Shown piece after piece: positions 31,711 to 48,100 of a stretch of 64,000 bases of DNA. The translations under genes were made by a program, and so were the position numbers. Origin of the DNA: the human T2T-CHM13v2.0 reference genome, Homo sapiens. The notes beneath the pieces were generated by a model. The model made no database searches. It had not been told where the DNA came from and saw only the letters and a program-made list of their open reading frames with translations. Position 1 is the stretch's first letter, and the number at the start of each line of letters is the position of its first letter. The stretch lies in the NCBI RefSeq assembly GCF_009914755.1, contig NC_060937.1. One strand, written 5' to 3'.

Positions 31711-33437
31711 AATTTTAAAACAACTACCCACAAAACAGAATGGCAAAGTTGAAAAGACTATATAAAGTGTTAGCAAGGATGTGAAGCAACTAGACCTCTT
31801 TTATACCACAGGCATTATTATAAAATAGTACAACTACTTTTTAAAGTATTTTGACAGTTTCACAAACATGAAAAATAAACTTACTATATTTGCTTCTAAA
31901 CGTGTATCTAAGAGAAATGAAAGCATATGACCACAATGAGACTCGAACACAAGTGTTCATTTGTAATAGCCAAATGCGGAAACTACCCAAATGTTTCTCA
32001 ACAAGGGAAACACATAGGGAAATTTAGGTATATCCATACAAAGAAACACTATTCAGTAATATAAATATGTAAACAATTGATTTATATGACTGATGTTTTG
32101 CAAAATAGTTCTGCAGAACAAAGAAGCCATGTAAAACTAAAACAAACTGATATAATCTATATACAATTTAAAACGTGCAAATTGTTCACAATGTAAGTAA
32201 CAGATCAGTGGTTGTTGAGTTTTGGGACAGAGAGGAATGTGAGGATCGTCTGCAGAAAGTAATCACAAAGGGGCATGAGACACCTTTTAGGTGTAATGGT
32301 CATGTTTGTTATCTTGATATTACAAATCAATAGAGGTCTTACATGAAGAAGAAAGAAGAAAGAAAACAGATTTGAATTCTTCATATGTTCCCCAAAGTAC
32401 CACAGATGTCACTTTTATATTTCATCTGTAATGTTGACTCATGTTGAAGATAAATATTATCAGCTATTACTATAGTTAATATTAATGCAGAAATATTTTT
32501 ATTTTCATAGAAATAATTTTAAACTAAAGTGCTTTGGCTATTCTTCACATTCAAGGCAAGTCTGCACATGTTTATTTACTAATACAACACTTTATTAGCA
32601 TTAATTGAAGATAATGTTATGTCAGTCACATTGATATTTTCTCCCATAGATTTTACTGAATGAACAACAATTAAAATATTATTAAGTAGAACAATCAATA
32701 TTACATTTAACATTCTCTTCATTCTATTTTTTTATCTGGTAATCTATGGAACTGTTCTATTATCTCTGTTTTTGTAATATTTTTATGTTAATAGCTCATT
32801 TTGAAACAGCAGTAAAACAAAGTATCCAAATGTCTAATTAATTTATTAGATTTTATTTTAAGCAACTAATTGCTTTTAAAGAAATGTACTTAATTATATG
32901 AACAGCCATTTGAAAGCTTGTATATTTTGGAACTAAAATAACTTTATATTTATTTCAATCTTTTATTCTTTTAACAGTGTATTCGAAACATAATAAATAG
33001 GAAAAAATGTTCACACTTAACTGGAAGTTTATATTTAATTAGAATAATTACTCCCCAAAATACAACCTAATTTAACATAAAAATATCTTAAAAGTTGGTT
33101 TTCAGTCCTAATATCTGTTTTCTTTTTTGAGGATCTAGTTAAATGGTAGAATGCAAGATAACATCACTCTTAAATACTGCTATACTGATTAACTAAATAG
33201 TTACTACCATTATACTGCTACTAGCATACTTTCGATTTTTATGAAATATATTTAGTAGCCAATCAGTCATTTAACGAAGCAATCTTCCACTATCATACTA
33301 ACCATGGAAAATATTAAATTTTTTGGAGTTTTTTCTTTTACACAGAATGGTTTTTAAATAATGTGGAACATATAGCAATATTCCCATTAAGGGTGTCTAT
33401 CTGTGTATTTTTAATAAAGATTTCTAAAACATACATT

Positions 33438-33846
33438 GTTAAATTAAACTAAGTTTGGCCTTAGTATGCTGGTGTACTTTGAATCATAACTTCATGAATT
33501 ATAACCTAACTAAATATCCAAGCTAACTGAAAGTTAAGAGTATACTTTTGTTACAAATATCTGAGTCTCAGTCATTCACAGCACCTAAGCTTCAATCACA
33601 AGTGACCAACTCATCCGACCATGTTCAAATAAGGCAAATGCAAAACTGTGACCACTCAAGCTGTTTCTGTACTTCATTTCCATTTTCTGTTCATAAATGC
33701 TGCCTGTCCATGTTGCACAGCAAAGTTCTCCGAATTTCTTCTGTCTCTGAGGGCTGCCTGATTTGTTGTTCAATTAAACTCTCTCACATGAAAAGCAAAA
33801 CATGTCAGAAAAATTAAATTTAACAGAGTTTAATTGAATAACAAAT
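33438..33846 (+). mobile_element. MER57-like (ERV1) solo LTR with an inverted 3' end
   Basis: TGTTAAATTAAACTAAGTTTGGCC start; TGTTCAAATAAGGCAAATGC...AGCTGTTTCTGTAC...CAATTAAACTCT. Confidence 0.8.
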
Positions 33847-33849
33847 TTA

Positions 33850-34135
33850 ACATTTTAAATATTAAATTTTATATATTTATATTTTAATATATTTATAATA
33901 TATATTTTATATATTTAATATTTAACTTATAAATATTTAAGTATGTATAAAATAAGTATTTATGAAGTATAAATATAAATATACTTATATGAGTATATAA
34001 AGCATATATAGATATTTGTAGGTATAGATCTATAAGTGCCTTATAAATATATGAAGATTTATCATATGCAAATTTATATATATATAAACTTATACATTTA
34101 TATGTGTACATAGGTAAGTACTTATACATATAAAT
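33850..34135. repeat. TA-rich low-complexity tract
   Basis: Degenerate (TA)n/(TATAAA)n sequence. Confidence 0.85.
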
Positions 34136-34460
34136 GGTCAAAGATTAATTTGAACATTTGGGTTTAGGTGTTGTCCTAAATTCCATTAATGAAAATATTT
34201 TTAAGCATACAAAATTTTCATTCCTGAAATGTGTGATATCTGAAAAAAAAGTCACATTTTTTTAGAAAATTATGTTTACATGATACATATGTTTTGGGAC
34301 ATTCTACATTAGGCAATATTAAGATATTTATTATCATCATTAAAATAGTTTGTTAAAATAATCTCTGCCTGTATTATCTGCCCTTCATAAATTAAATAGG
34401 TTATTGGCATCATGCTTTGACAATATGAAGGTGATAAACCTAAAAATATAAGAGGAAAAG

Positions 34461-35630
34461 TATCTCTTCATCATTCTGATTTCCCTTCTTTGGATAAATC
34501 CAGTAGCAGGATTGCTGGATCATGGAGTAGTTCTATTTTCAGTTCTATGAGGAACCTCCATACTGTTTTCCAGGGGTTATGACACTTTACTTTCCCACCA
34601 AGAGGGTGTAAGAATGCCCCGTTCTCCATATCCTTGCCAGAGTTTTAAAATTTTTGTCTTTTTTATATTAGCCACTTTAACTGGGGTGAAATTATATCTC
34701 ATTATTGTTTTGACTTGTATTTCCCTGATGATTGTGAAACTGAACATTTTTTCATTTTTTGGTAGTCATTTGTATGTCTGCTTTTGATAAATTTCTATTC
34801 AGGTCATTTGCCCATTTATTCATTAGATTGTTTCTATTGATGGGATTTATTTTTGTAGTTGAATTGTTTGAGTTTCTTGTAGATTCTAGATATTAATCGC
34901 TTGTACAATGAATAGGTTGCAAATATTTTCTTCCATTTTACAATTTGTCTCTTCTTTCTATTGATTGTTTCATAGCTTTTGCTGTGCAGAAGCTTTTAAG
35001 TCACAATAGCCAAGATATGAAATAAATCTAAGCTTTCATCAACACATGAATGAATTTTTAAAATGTGGTATATATACATATTAGAATACTCTTCAGCCAT
35101 AAAAAGTAATAAAATGTTGTCACTGTAGAAACATGGATGAGCCTAGAAAACAGTATGTTAAGTGAAAGAAGCCAGAAACAGAAAAATAAATGCTACATGT
35201 TTTCACTCACATGTGAAAGCAAAAAAAAAAAAAAAAAAAGAAAAAAGTTGATTTAATAGAAGCAAAGAGTAAAAATAGTGGTTATTAGAGGCTAGGGAAT
35301 ATAGGAGACAGGAGAGATATGGAAAGGTTGGTTAATGAATACAAAATTACAGCTAGACAGGATAAATCTGTCTATATAGTATATAGACTGGTGTTCTATA
35401 TACTATGGGGTCTGTAGGGTGACTAGAGTTAACAACACTTTATTAAATATCTTCAAATAGCCAGATTTTTAAATGTTTTCAGCATGAAGAAATAATAAGT
35501 GTTTGGAAAAAACTGACATGGTAATTACCCTAAATGGATAATTATACATTATACACATTTATCATAATATCACATTGTAGCCCATAAACATGTACAATTA
35601 CTATGTGTCAACTTAAAACAATTTTTAAAA
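34461..35630 (+). mobile_element. L1MA4/5-like LINE with 5' inversion (34461-35000 antisense, 35001-35630 sense)
   Basis: Antisense ORF2 ends GCTGTGCAGAAGCTTTTAAG and is joined to sense TCACAATAGCCAAGATATG; an L1MA 3' UTR follows. Confidence 0.88.
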
Positions 35631-36459
35631 ACCACATTGTACACCATAATTTTATACAATATATACAATTATTATTTTCCAATTAAAATGAAATAAACAA
35701 GATACCAAAATAAAGAGAATACCTATAATTATTTGATAGGATTTCTTGGTTTCAAAACAGTTTATAGCATTAGAAAAATGAATCTATGCTACATTATTGT
35801 AAAGTAAAAACAAAAAGTACAGTAATAACTTTAAATAATTTTTGAAAATAAGTAAATTTTAAGTATAAAAGTTTTTATTTTACTCTTACTTATAGTAGTG
35901 GCTTACCTTTTTGAATAAAAAGATGAAGAAGAAAAAGAAGAAGGAAAAATCCTAATTAAAGAAAACATAAGATTATGGAAGTTTAGAGCTGAATGGGTTT
36001 TTCTGGTCTAATTCTACTCTTAGACACCAAGTAACTAAGATAAACTATATCTGTGGATGTTCAACAAGCTGATAGAGAAGTGGATCTAAAGCTAGCTAGA
36101 GCATCCTTAGTTTTATCCCAATTAATATGTGTTCATAAGCCTCAGCCCTCATGATAGCATTGTTAACTCTGAGAAGGCAGCAGCTATGTTCAATATATAT
36201 TTTCCCTGTTTTTTACTTTCTACTTTCTGAAAGTGAATGACAATGCTTTCTTAGTTAAAAAAAATGGGTAGTTGTGCAAATATTTTTGATGATGTTGTAT
36301 TATTTTAAGCCTTTCCTCAATCCCTCACTTAAAGATATTTTTTAAAAATATTATTTTATGTTTTAAAATCCAATAGAATATGATGATTTAGCAATAACCA
36401 CTTTCATATAGTCTTTAATTTCTATCCATTTTTTCTGAGTTTTTTAAAAAAACTTGTTT

Positions 36460-36575
36460 TGATCTCCTGTGTCTTGTCCTTTCCCCCCTCCCCCCGCCCT
36501 CTGGTACACACCTCTGTTTCTATCTTTATGGCTTGCCACTTCTTTAATTTTTTTTTCATATAATGGGATGGAATG
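36460..36575 (-). mobile_element. Old L1M 3' UTR fragment
   Basis: CCCTCTGG...TTTCTATCTTTATGG...TTTCATATAATGGGAT. Confidence 0.45.
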
Positions 36576-37281
36576 AAAAAACTCAAAGTACTTAATTTTA
36601 AAAACTATATAAGGCATGGAAAGGGAAATAAGCAAAAAAAAAAAAAGTTTAGTAGCTATTTTTGTAATAAGATTACTTGTAATATATTCCATCTCATAAT
36701 TATTAGTTTCTTTCATTGAAAAATATTTTCCCTTTAAATATATTTCATTTGAGACAGGTGACTTACAAGCCTATGAGATACTTTATTCATATAATATATA
36801 CATTCTCTCTATATACATATAATAAAATCTTCCCATTAAATATATATTCTTTAGTTTACAAAAATGATGAGAAAGATTGAGAGGTGTAGAACAGGTTTAA
36901 AATACTGACCTTACCTAAATTATCTCTATTCTGGAAATGAGCCAGCGTCAGAAGGAATAACAACATTCATCAAGTATAAGCATACATTTTTTTCTTCCTG
37001 CCTCACAATTCCATTCTTTGCTCCTGTATTTCACTCCTTTTCTTCCATTGTATTCACACGTGAATAAAAACGACTGTTTTGTTTCCTTGGCCTTATACTA
37101 TGAGCTATTCAATATGTTGATTAGTTAGTCTGACAAAGTAAACACTGTTGAAATATAGATCAGAGAAGAAAATGAATATTCTTCTCATTTTGTAAACTTG
37201 AATTTCAATGCTAGACTTTAAGGGCTTTTATCATTAAGATTTAATTACTTGGGAAAGAAAAAAGACACATGAATCAGTTAA

Positions 37282-37768
37282 TGTTACCAAAGCACCAGGG
37301 GTTCTATCTAGTCCTGCTGCTCCCCACACAGAAAGCGAATCACTGAGACAACAAGTATTGCCAAGAGAAAAGGCTTTAATCAGGTGCTGCCACTGAAGAG
37401 TTGGAAGATGAGTCTCAAATCCATCTCATTGACCAACTAAAATTAGAAGCTTACATATCAGGGAAAAAATTATAACTCTGTATGGGAAAACAGGAACTGA
37501 GGATGGGTAAGGAAGCATTTATGATGAATGAGATGCCTGGTGTCTCATTGTCTGGATGTGATTATATGGTTAAGTTTCAGTTCTTAGAGGCCTTGTGTCT
37601 CACTGGCTGGATCTGGTGAGTTTTAGTTATCTGATAGTTTTCGAGAAGCCGAGGGGTTCTTTCCTGAGGAAAAAACTCAGATAAAACAAATGGAAGTTTC
37701 AACCTTTACGTCCAGAAGGGAACAACAACAACAACAAAACAGTCTATGGGGCTATTGTATCAGTTTTA
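37282..37768 (-). mobile_element. ERV1 solo LTR (MER66/LTR26-like)
   Basis: TGTTACCAAAGCACCAGGGGTTC...CAGTTTTA with a 4-bp TSD TTAA on both sides; ATTAAA poly(A) signal on the minus strand. Confidence 0.85.
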
Positions 37769-37786
37769 TTAATTCTTTATCTTTGA

Positions 37787-38570
37787 CTCATTCACTCCTT
37801 GCCTGAACATTTAATCAACTGCTATTTAAGCCAGTTTATGGGTTCATAATTGTGTAGAGGACATAAGAATCTATTTACGAAAAAACTTAGAAACAAGTAT
37901 TGCAAACATATGACATAATTTCTCAATAAAATTATATATAGGGAACTCAAAGTTCTTGAAGATTTTGACCATTATTTTTAAATGTTAGGAGTTGAAATTT
38001 ATCAGAGAATCTGAAGTCAAAGCTGTTAACTAAGGGAAACTTTCCTGTATTTATGTAAAACAAAATGAGTTACAAATGTTGTGGTAGAAGAGCCAGGGTG
38101 TGGAGTAGACACAGTTGATATCATGGTACATTAGGATGAACCAGAAAATAGTGTGAAATATAAAATTAAAAAAATAAAACATTTTGGCCATAAAGTTGTT
38201 GTATGCCACAATAAGTACATTACAATTTACTTCAAGAACAAGGAAACATTATTGAAATGTTCACGCATGGGAGTCTTATAAAAATGCTTCTTTGGAAATG
38301 TATCTCTAGTAGAATGCCCTAGGATTTCAGGATACCAGTGGCACAGTGAACTAAGATAAGTAATAAAATTTGGTGAATTTAACAGACAAAGTAAAAGATA
38401 CAAAGTAAACAGAATAGATTAAGTCAAGTGATTGTTCACAGGAGAGGATAAGGGGAATGGGATGAAATAAGGCTATCAAAGTCTTCTAGTTGATAAAAAA
38501 TTGTCAAGGTATTCTGTATATTTTACCAAAAGAAAGAAAACAAAAAAGGATCTGATGTCACCAGAAATAA
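37787..38570 (-). mobile_element. L2 remnant
   Basis: TCATTCACTC...AACATTTA terminus plus purine-rich L2-like motifs (TTGTATGCCACAATAAG, GAAACATTATTGAAATGTT). Confidence 0.5.
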
Positions 38571-40394
38571 GTTTAAGGGTGGTTTGGACCTTTTCAAAGT
38601 CACTATATTGAGGACAATCTCTTTTTTTAAACTTGATTCAAGAAGAAAATAAATTAGAAAAAATGTCATTGCTGTTGTTTTAGTTATTTAACCCAGCCTG
38701 ATTTGTAACCAAGTTTTTATATTTGTTATTTTATAAAATGCCAGGAATGTAAAAGAGTAGATTAAATAGTAAATATATGTATGTATAAGAAACTATTCAA
38801 TAACCAAGCCTTTTTATAATTAAAATTATTGTCACTTCTGATATTTGACATTTTCATAAGAAAAATACTGTCTTAATCTTTGTAAAACATTACTTCTATT
38901 AATAAATGTGAGATTGTATTGATCAAATTTGCAGCTGTAGATTTATTTCATATTTTATATTGAGATAAAAAAGAAACAGCCAACTTAAAATAGCAAAGAC
39001 TTCTAATGTCATAGTTGAAATTAAAATAAAAATGATCACCCCTTTATAGCATTATGTGAACTTCAACATCTGATTAAAATCATTATTGTGGTTTCCATGA
39101 AGGATTGTAAAGTTTTAGTAGTAATTAAATAATACAGAAACAAAATTATTTTTAAAAACTGCATTCATTTTAATTTTCAAAAGTAATCAATAATTTCAAT
39201 ATTAAAAAACTTACATGTTTGTGTGTATATACACATACATATGTATTACAAATAAGTCTATTCATGAAGATACTTTTATATACAGGCACTGAGGAGATCA
39301 AGATAAGCATTAAAGGTCTATGACAGAAGAATGGCCTTCAGTGTGCACAGCCTATCTTAATAGAAAAAAAGAATATTTTTAAAAAATATGTCTGAAGCTG
39401 TAAGCAGACAATTTTCTATAATTTATCTTCCTAAATGCAAGCTATCATTATGTCTTTCTGAATAAAGAGATCAGAACGAATTATGTAAATGCTTGATTGT
39501 GTTATCAAGCACTCTTGTACCTTGGTAATCACTGCTTGATTCTTTGCAATTTGGAAATAATGACTTCTAGAATGCTGACAACCCATTTGTAATCTGTTCA
39601 AGGAATCAATACAAAGACTGCTTTATATGATTAAAGAGTATTCGCTAATTAAAGCATGATAACAAGATGTTGAGAAGCAGAAATAATTGTGCTTTATACG
39701 ATTTCTCTTTGAGAAAATAGATATTATTTGAATCAAATTTGAACATAAACTCCCTAGCATTATGTAAAATAGCCATAGTATTATTTTTATTGACCTTGGT
39801 AAGATTTATGCATTCTTTTAATTCTTTTTATGTAATATGAAATCATAGAATGTTCCAATTTTTATTAAGTGAAAATCAATTTATATAGAACATATTACAT
39901 CAGAGCATTATAGGTGAAAAACTTCATAAATCACATAAACTTGCTGAAAGTATGAACTTTCTTATGTTTATTTTTTATATTACAATTAGACTTTAACATT
40001 TGTGACTTCTCCTATACATTTTTTGTAATAAATGCATCACAAAATCCATTAATGTGCTGTCCACATACTCTTAGAGACTACATTCCGGAGAACCTGTGAA
40101 GGTTCTACTAAGTGCTATCTCCACAATGAACTTATATTAACACTCTTAGTATATACCCACTGTAAAATAACAAAGCAAGTCCCAAATGAAACAAAAGCTC
40201 TATTGTCTCATAAGGATCAAATTTATCACCTGTCATTTTAAACAAGTAATATAAAAGTATTGTCTAATAACAATTCTTGAACTTGAACATCCTAGGGCAG
40301 TTTTTCCACATGAGCAAATCTATGCAAATACAGTATTGCAAAGCTTACACAAAATGTATCCATAGTAAATCCCTGTAATTAAAATTCTTGAACT

Positions 40395-40522
40395 GTTATA
40401 TACATACATATGTATGGGTATATGTGTGTGCATATGTGTATATATATATACATATATATATAAGGTATTTGTATATATATAAAATAAAGTGCATATATAT
40501 AATAAAGGTATACATATATATT
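40395..40522. repeat. (TA)/(TG)-rich simple repeat
   Basis: Seen directly in the sequence. Confidence 0.8.
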
Positions 40523-40937
40523 AAAGGTTGATGTGAAAAGTAGATGCAAACAAATTAAAAAGTAAAATAATAAATATAACTTTTTAATTTAGAAGTCATT
40601 TGAACTATATAAGAAAAGGTTAGAAAACTCCCTCAGAGTTAAAACTTTTAAAATCTTTTGTAATAAAGGTTCAAAAAATTCACTCGTTCATTCATTTGAA
40701 CTTGATCTTTCTTAACTGAGATCTCTCTTATTTTAAAAGTCACAAAATAAGATTGATAATAGGAAGAATAGATAAAACAGAAAAATCAGAGAGGTGGAGA
40801 AAGGAGAGAAGAGAGGGTGACTGGGAGGGAGAAGACACAGAGAGAAAAATAAATCAGATGAGGGTAAACACTAGCATAGCAATAGTGATCTAGTTTCTAA
40901 ATAAGAAAACATTGTATAATTTAAAATTTAATCTAGG

Positions 40938-41365
40938 TATCTTAGTCTTTTTGTGTTGCTGTAAATATCTGAGGCTGAGTAAGTTATAAAGAAATGAGGT
41001 TTATTTGGCTCATCGTTCTGCAGGCTGTACAAGAAGCATGTTGCCAGCATCTGTGTTTGGCGAGAGCTTCAGGCTACTTCCACTCAAGGCAGATGGTGAA
41101 GGGGAGCCAGGGTGTTAAACTCACATGATGAGAGAGGGAGTGAGAGAGCAGAGGAGGTGCCAGGTGCATTTCAACAGCCGGTGTTTTTGGGGAACTAACA
41201 GTGAGGACTCACTCATATCCAGAAGACTGGCACCAAACCATTTATGAGGGATCTGCCTCCATGATCCATACACCTCCCACTAGGCCCAACCTCCAGCACT
41301 GGAGACTAAATTTCATCATGAGACTTGGAGGGGCCAAACAAACCATATGCAAACCATACATAGCA
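40938..41365 (-). mobile_element. MSTB-like MaLR solo LTR
   Basis: TATCTTAGTC...GAGGTTTATTTGGCTCA...CACCTCCCACTAGGCCC...AAACCATACATAGCA; degenerate TSD CTAGG/CTGAG. Confidence 0.88.
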
Positions 41366-41399
41366 CTGAGGTATGGCTGGAATAACAAACAATGCAAAA

Positions 41400-41749
41400 G
41401 TATTTCTATCACATTTGTTAAACTTACAAGTGCTAGCAGTTTTTCTGTAGATGCAGTACACTTTTGTTCACAGAAAATAAAAACACTTTTAATTTTTTCT
41501 GGATGGCTTATCTTCCTCTCCCTCTCCCTCTCCTTCTTCTCCTTCTTTTTTTGCCTTATCACACTGGCTGGAACAACCATAAAAATAATGAGAATCAACA
41601 CACTTGGCATGTTACCTATCCTAGAGGAAAAGTCATCCTTCACCACTGAATATGACGGTAGCCTCAAGATCAAGATTCCTTTTTATGAGATTGAGAAATT
41701 TATCTTTTATTCATAAGTTGCTAAGAGCTTTTATCAAAAACAAATTTTC
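41400..41749 (-). mobile_element. Old L1M ORF2 fragment (host of the L1PA4; resumes at 44255)
   Basis: CACTGGCTGGAAC...TTCACCACTGAATATGA...GTTGCTAAGAGCTTTTATCA, continuing as GTCAAATGCTTTTTCTGCAT. Confidence 0.7.
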
Positions 41750-41870
41750 TTTTTTTTGATAGATGTATACAAAGGCATATAATGTATTATTTATTTACGT
41801 ATAATCATTATTTTTTCTTAATGAATGTGTGTCAGTTATTTTATTTTCTTTTTGTAAACCTGGTTTTGCA

Positions 41871-44254
<2,384 letters not shown>

Positions 44255-44313
44255 TTCAATATTGTCAAATGCTTTTTCTGCATTACGATCACCTTTTATT
44301 TATATTATTATGA

Positions 44314-44659
<346 letters not shown>

Positions 44660-44723
44660 AATAAATTATTTTTAAAATATATTGTTGGATTTGATTTGCA
44701 CCTTTTAAAAGTTAACAACGTCT

Positions 44724-45046
<323 letters not shown>

Positions 45047-45066
45047 CCAACAAAATCTTGTTAAAG

Positions 45067-45143
45067 AATAATTTTAGATTTACAGAAAAGTTGCAGAGTA
45101 CAAAGAGTTTCTATATACCCCTCACTCAGTTTTTCCTTCTGTC
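45067..45143 (-). mobile_element. L1MB/MC 3'-terminal fragment
   Basis: AATAATTTTAGATTTACAGAAAAGTTGCA...TATACCCCTCACTCAGTTT. Confidence 0.65.
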
Positions 45144-48100
45144 ACCTCAATTAAATACTCTAGTAATGAGGAGATTGTACACATCCTTTCTGCTAACAAC
45201 TTTTAGGCCAGAGCTAGGCACATAGTACTACCTCACCAGAATATGGCAAGTAAGAGAATCTAAACATCCACTGGAATACAGAGAGCCAGAAATTATCTCA
45301 GAATTCTAATTCACCAGGGCTGCAAATGGGGAGCCATAAGAGGCTGAGTTTCTCCAAAAACGTTTTATTTCAATAGCACTATGTCATAAAACTTTTAGAA
45401 GACAGAGCAGGGTTTGCACTTTTGCATATGGTAATATTATAATCATTAGCTACTGCTGTACAGCAGTTCTCCTCTACAACAGTTTGCTCTTTCTTAGAGG
45501 AAAAATTTAACTTCAAGCCTTTGAGCTGTTACATCCAAGTCTCATTAAAGGGAAGACTGAGGATTTAAGAGAGAAGGATAATAATTTTCTCGTATTTGTA
45601 TACGCTTTATATTTTTAAAGTATCATACAAATATTGGCCTTTCTCAGACTAAACTGATATTGAATAGCTGATAGAGAAGGCAGTGTAATAGATTTCCTGC
45701 GTCTATCACTTCCATCTGTATGTTTCATACATTCTGAAAGTCTTTTATCTAATTATGTCTCTGTACTTTCATTTTTTAGCTTTCAAGTTATGTCTTTGTG
45801 TCCATCCTGCTTCCAAATTACATTGGTAAGTAGAAATCCTTTTTTAGCTCGTTGCTTATAATATAAAATACATTTGATTTTAAAAGGCATCATTAAAATA
45901 TTCTGTATTAAGTTGAAGCCACATTTTCAGGAGAAAATACTCAATTTCATTTCTTTGAACCATCATTTTAAATGTTTGTATTTTACATTAATCTGTCAAA
46001 TATGTATATTCATATGTTTATATATTTTATGATATAAAAACTTATACCATAAAATATCAAATACCAAAAACTTACCTGTAGAAATGGATGATTACCACAC
46101 TTCTTAATATTTTACATTCACTTTGAGCAACAGAAGGTTTGTAAAGTAGGGTTACATTTCCCTCTTAATGTTTTATTGACTCTATATGATTTCTTCGGTC
46201 AATAATATTAAACAGTCAAACATGTAAGAGTGATTTATTGTACTGTATATTAACAAGTCATAAAATTAAGATAATTATGGAGAATAAATAAGGAAATGTG
46301 ATTAAAATATATCAATTGGCTCTCACCCCAAATTTTCATTGTTTTTCAGTGTTTCAAAGGCTTTTATTCACGATGGAACAATACTTTTTAAGTCAGAAAT
46401 AACAAAAAATGAAATAAAATTTTTAACTCTGTATTCTAAAATAGGTTTTTGAAAGCCAACACTTCAGAAAAGCTAGAACTATTTTAAAAATGTAAAATGC
46501 TATTTTCCATAAGAATAAGCAAGGTTATTTCATAAATAGACTGGAAAGATAAATATAGCACCTTTACAATGATATACATTTTTCTGGTGAAGGAAAAAAT
46601 TTAGAAGCATAAATGAAACCTAAAGAGAGGTATATTACTCTGGCTTAAGTCTCAGCTAAGTATTAAAGTGGGATAATAAAATTATGATAACATTTGGAAA
46701 CTCCAGGACAGATCAGTGTGCACTTTGGTTTGTAGGTGAAGCTCAGAGGTGACAAGCCTCACTGAGGAATCTTTCAGTTAACAGCATGGCGTTCAGCCTT
46801 TGAGTAGAAAGGGTAGCATGCTGCGTTTATATACAGATGTCCAGAGCAAATGGGGTGACTTATACACATAGAGAATGTAGAATGTGGTAGTAGGAGGTTA
46901 GAACAGGTGACATGCCTGCCGTGTTTACACACAGAGGTATAGAGTCAACTTATTCTGAAATGAAAACCTGCAGGAAACACCAAAAAAGCACACATGAGCG
47001 AGAAAGTACAAACAAGGACGTGGATAAAGTTTGGTTCTGCAGAAGACCTTTAAAGTAGATAGATGACAAGAAGCAGAGGGTTTGCCTTTTTTTTCCAGGA
47101 TAAAACTGAAGCCCTCTCCCACGCTGCATTCCACCAGTATAAAATTAAATCAGTATTTGAGAAGATATGAAAGGAAGCAGTCTGAAAAACATGACAAAAA
47201 CACTAAATGATCTAAAACAAAATGACAGAACTTCCCTTAATTTTGTAAAACATAATAGTGAATAGTCAGTATAAGGGTTTCATATATGTTTAAAAATATA
47301 TCCAATGATTGTGAAGGAGACCAGAGGAATTACTGTATGCCTTTTCAGTGTCATGGTAAGCCTTATGTGGCAACGCACACTCTCCATCCCTACTCAGCAT
47401 TTTCTGGTCCAGGGGTTTCAGTGTACTGTTTTGTATTTTTATACCTTATTATTGATTAGGGTATTTTACATTTCGGTAATTAAGCCTGTTAACTAGTAAA
47501 AATATGATGGAGATGCACATGAACTATGTAAGCTAGAATTGCAGTTAAGCTTTGTCTCTAAGAAAATCCCCAAATTTAAAGTTTTCCTGTCCTACTGAAC
47601 ATTAATTTTGTATCTAAGTCATTGTATTCAAGCATTCTTTCTTTCAATCACTATAAATGCTTCATACTCTCACTTTTTCACTGAATCAGTCTTATTATCA
47701 TGATAGTGCCTCCATTAATGAGCTAAGATTTGTTTTTTACTCTCTCTCATTATGGTTTCAGAATTTAAAAAATCAAATTATTGAAAACTATTTGTAGTTG
47801 CTATAAAATTTCCAGGGGAAAATTTAATATCACATAAAGTGCACAGATAAATTAATACAGTATGTTTAGTTGGTGATTTGCTCTTGTTTTTACAACCTAT
47901 TTCAGAAAAGAGATAATACGGTGCTTTTGAGTGGGAGAAGTTGAGGGACTTTGGAAATTAGTCCATAAATTATCAAAACTACAAAAACAAAACAAACGAA
48001 ATATTTAATTCAACTCATGCCAAATGTTGTTGCCTTGAACACAAGCTTCAGCTCTTGCCCAACTGCTTTTGTATAATCCCCTGTCATCTTGGCCTAAATT

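Noticed and set aside
41201-41716. Overlapping 171-aa and 143-aa ORFs
   Set aside because: They span an MSTB LTR, an old L1 and a CT-rich tract; no domain is recognisable.
46070-47200. Minus-strand splice signals (CAG|GTAAGT at ~46070-46078; acceptors near 46970 and 47185)
   Set aside because: They cannot be paired into convincing exons and are expected by chance in 64 kb.
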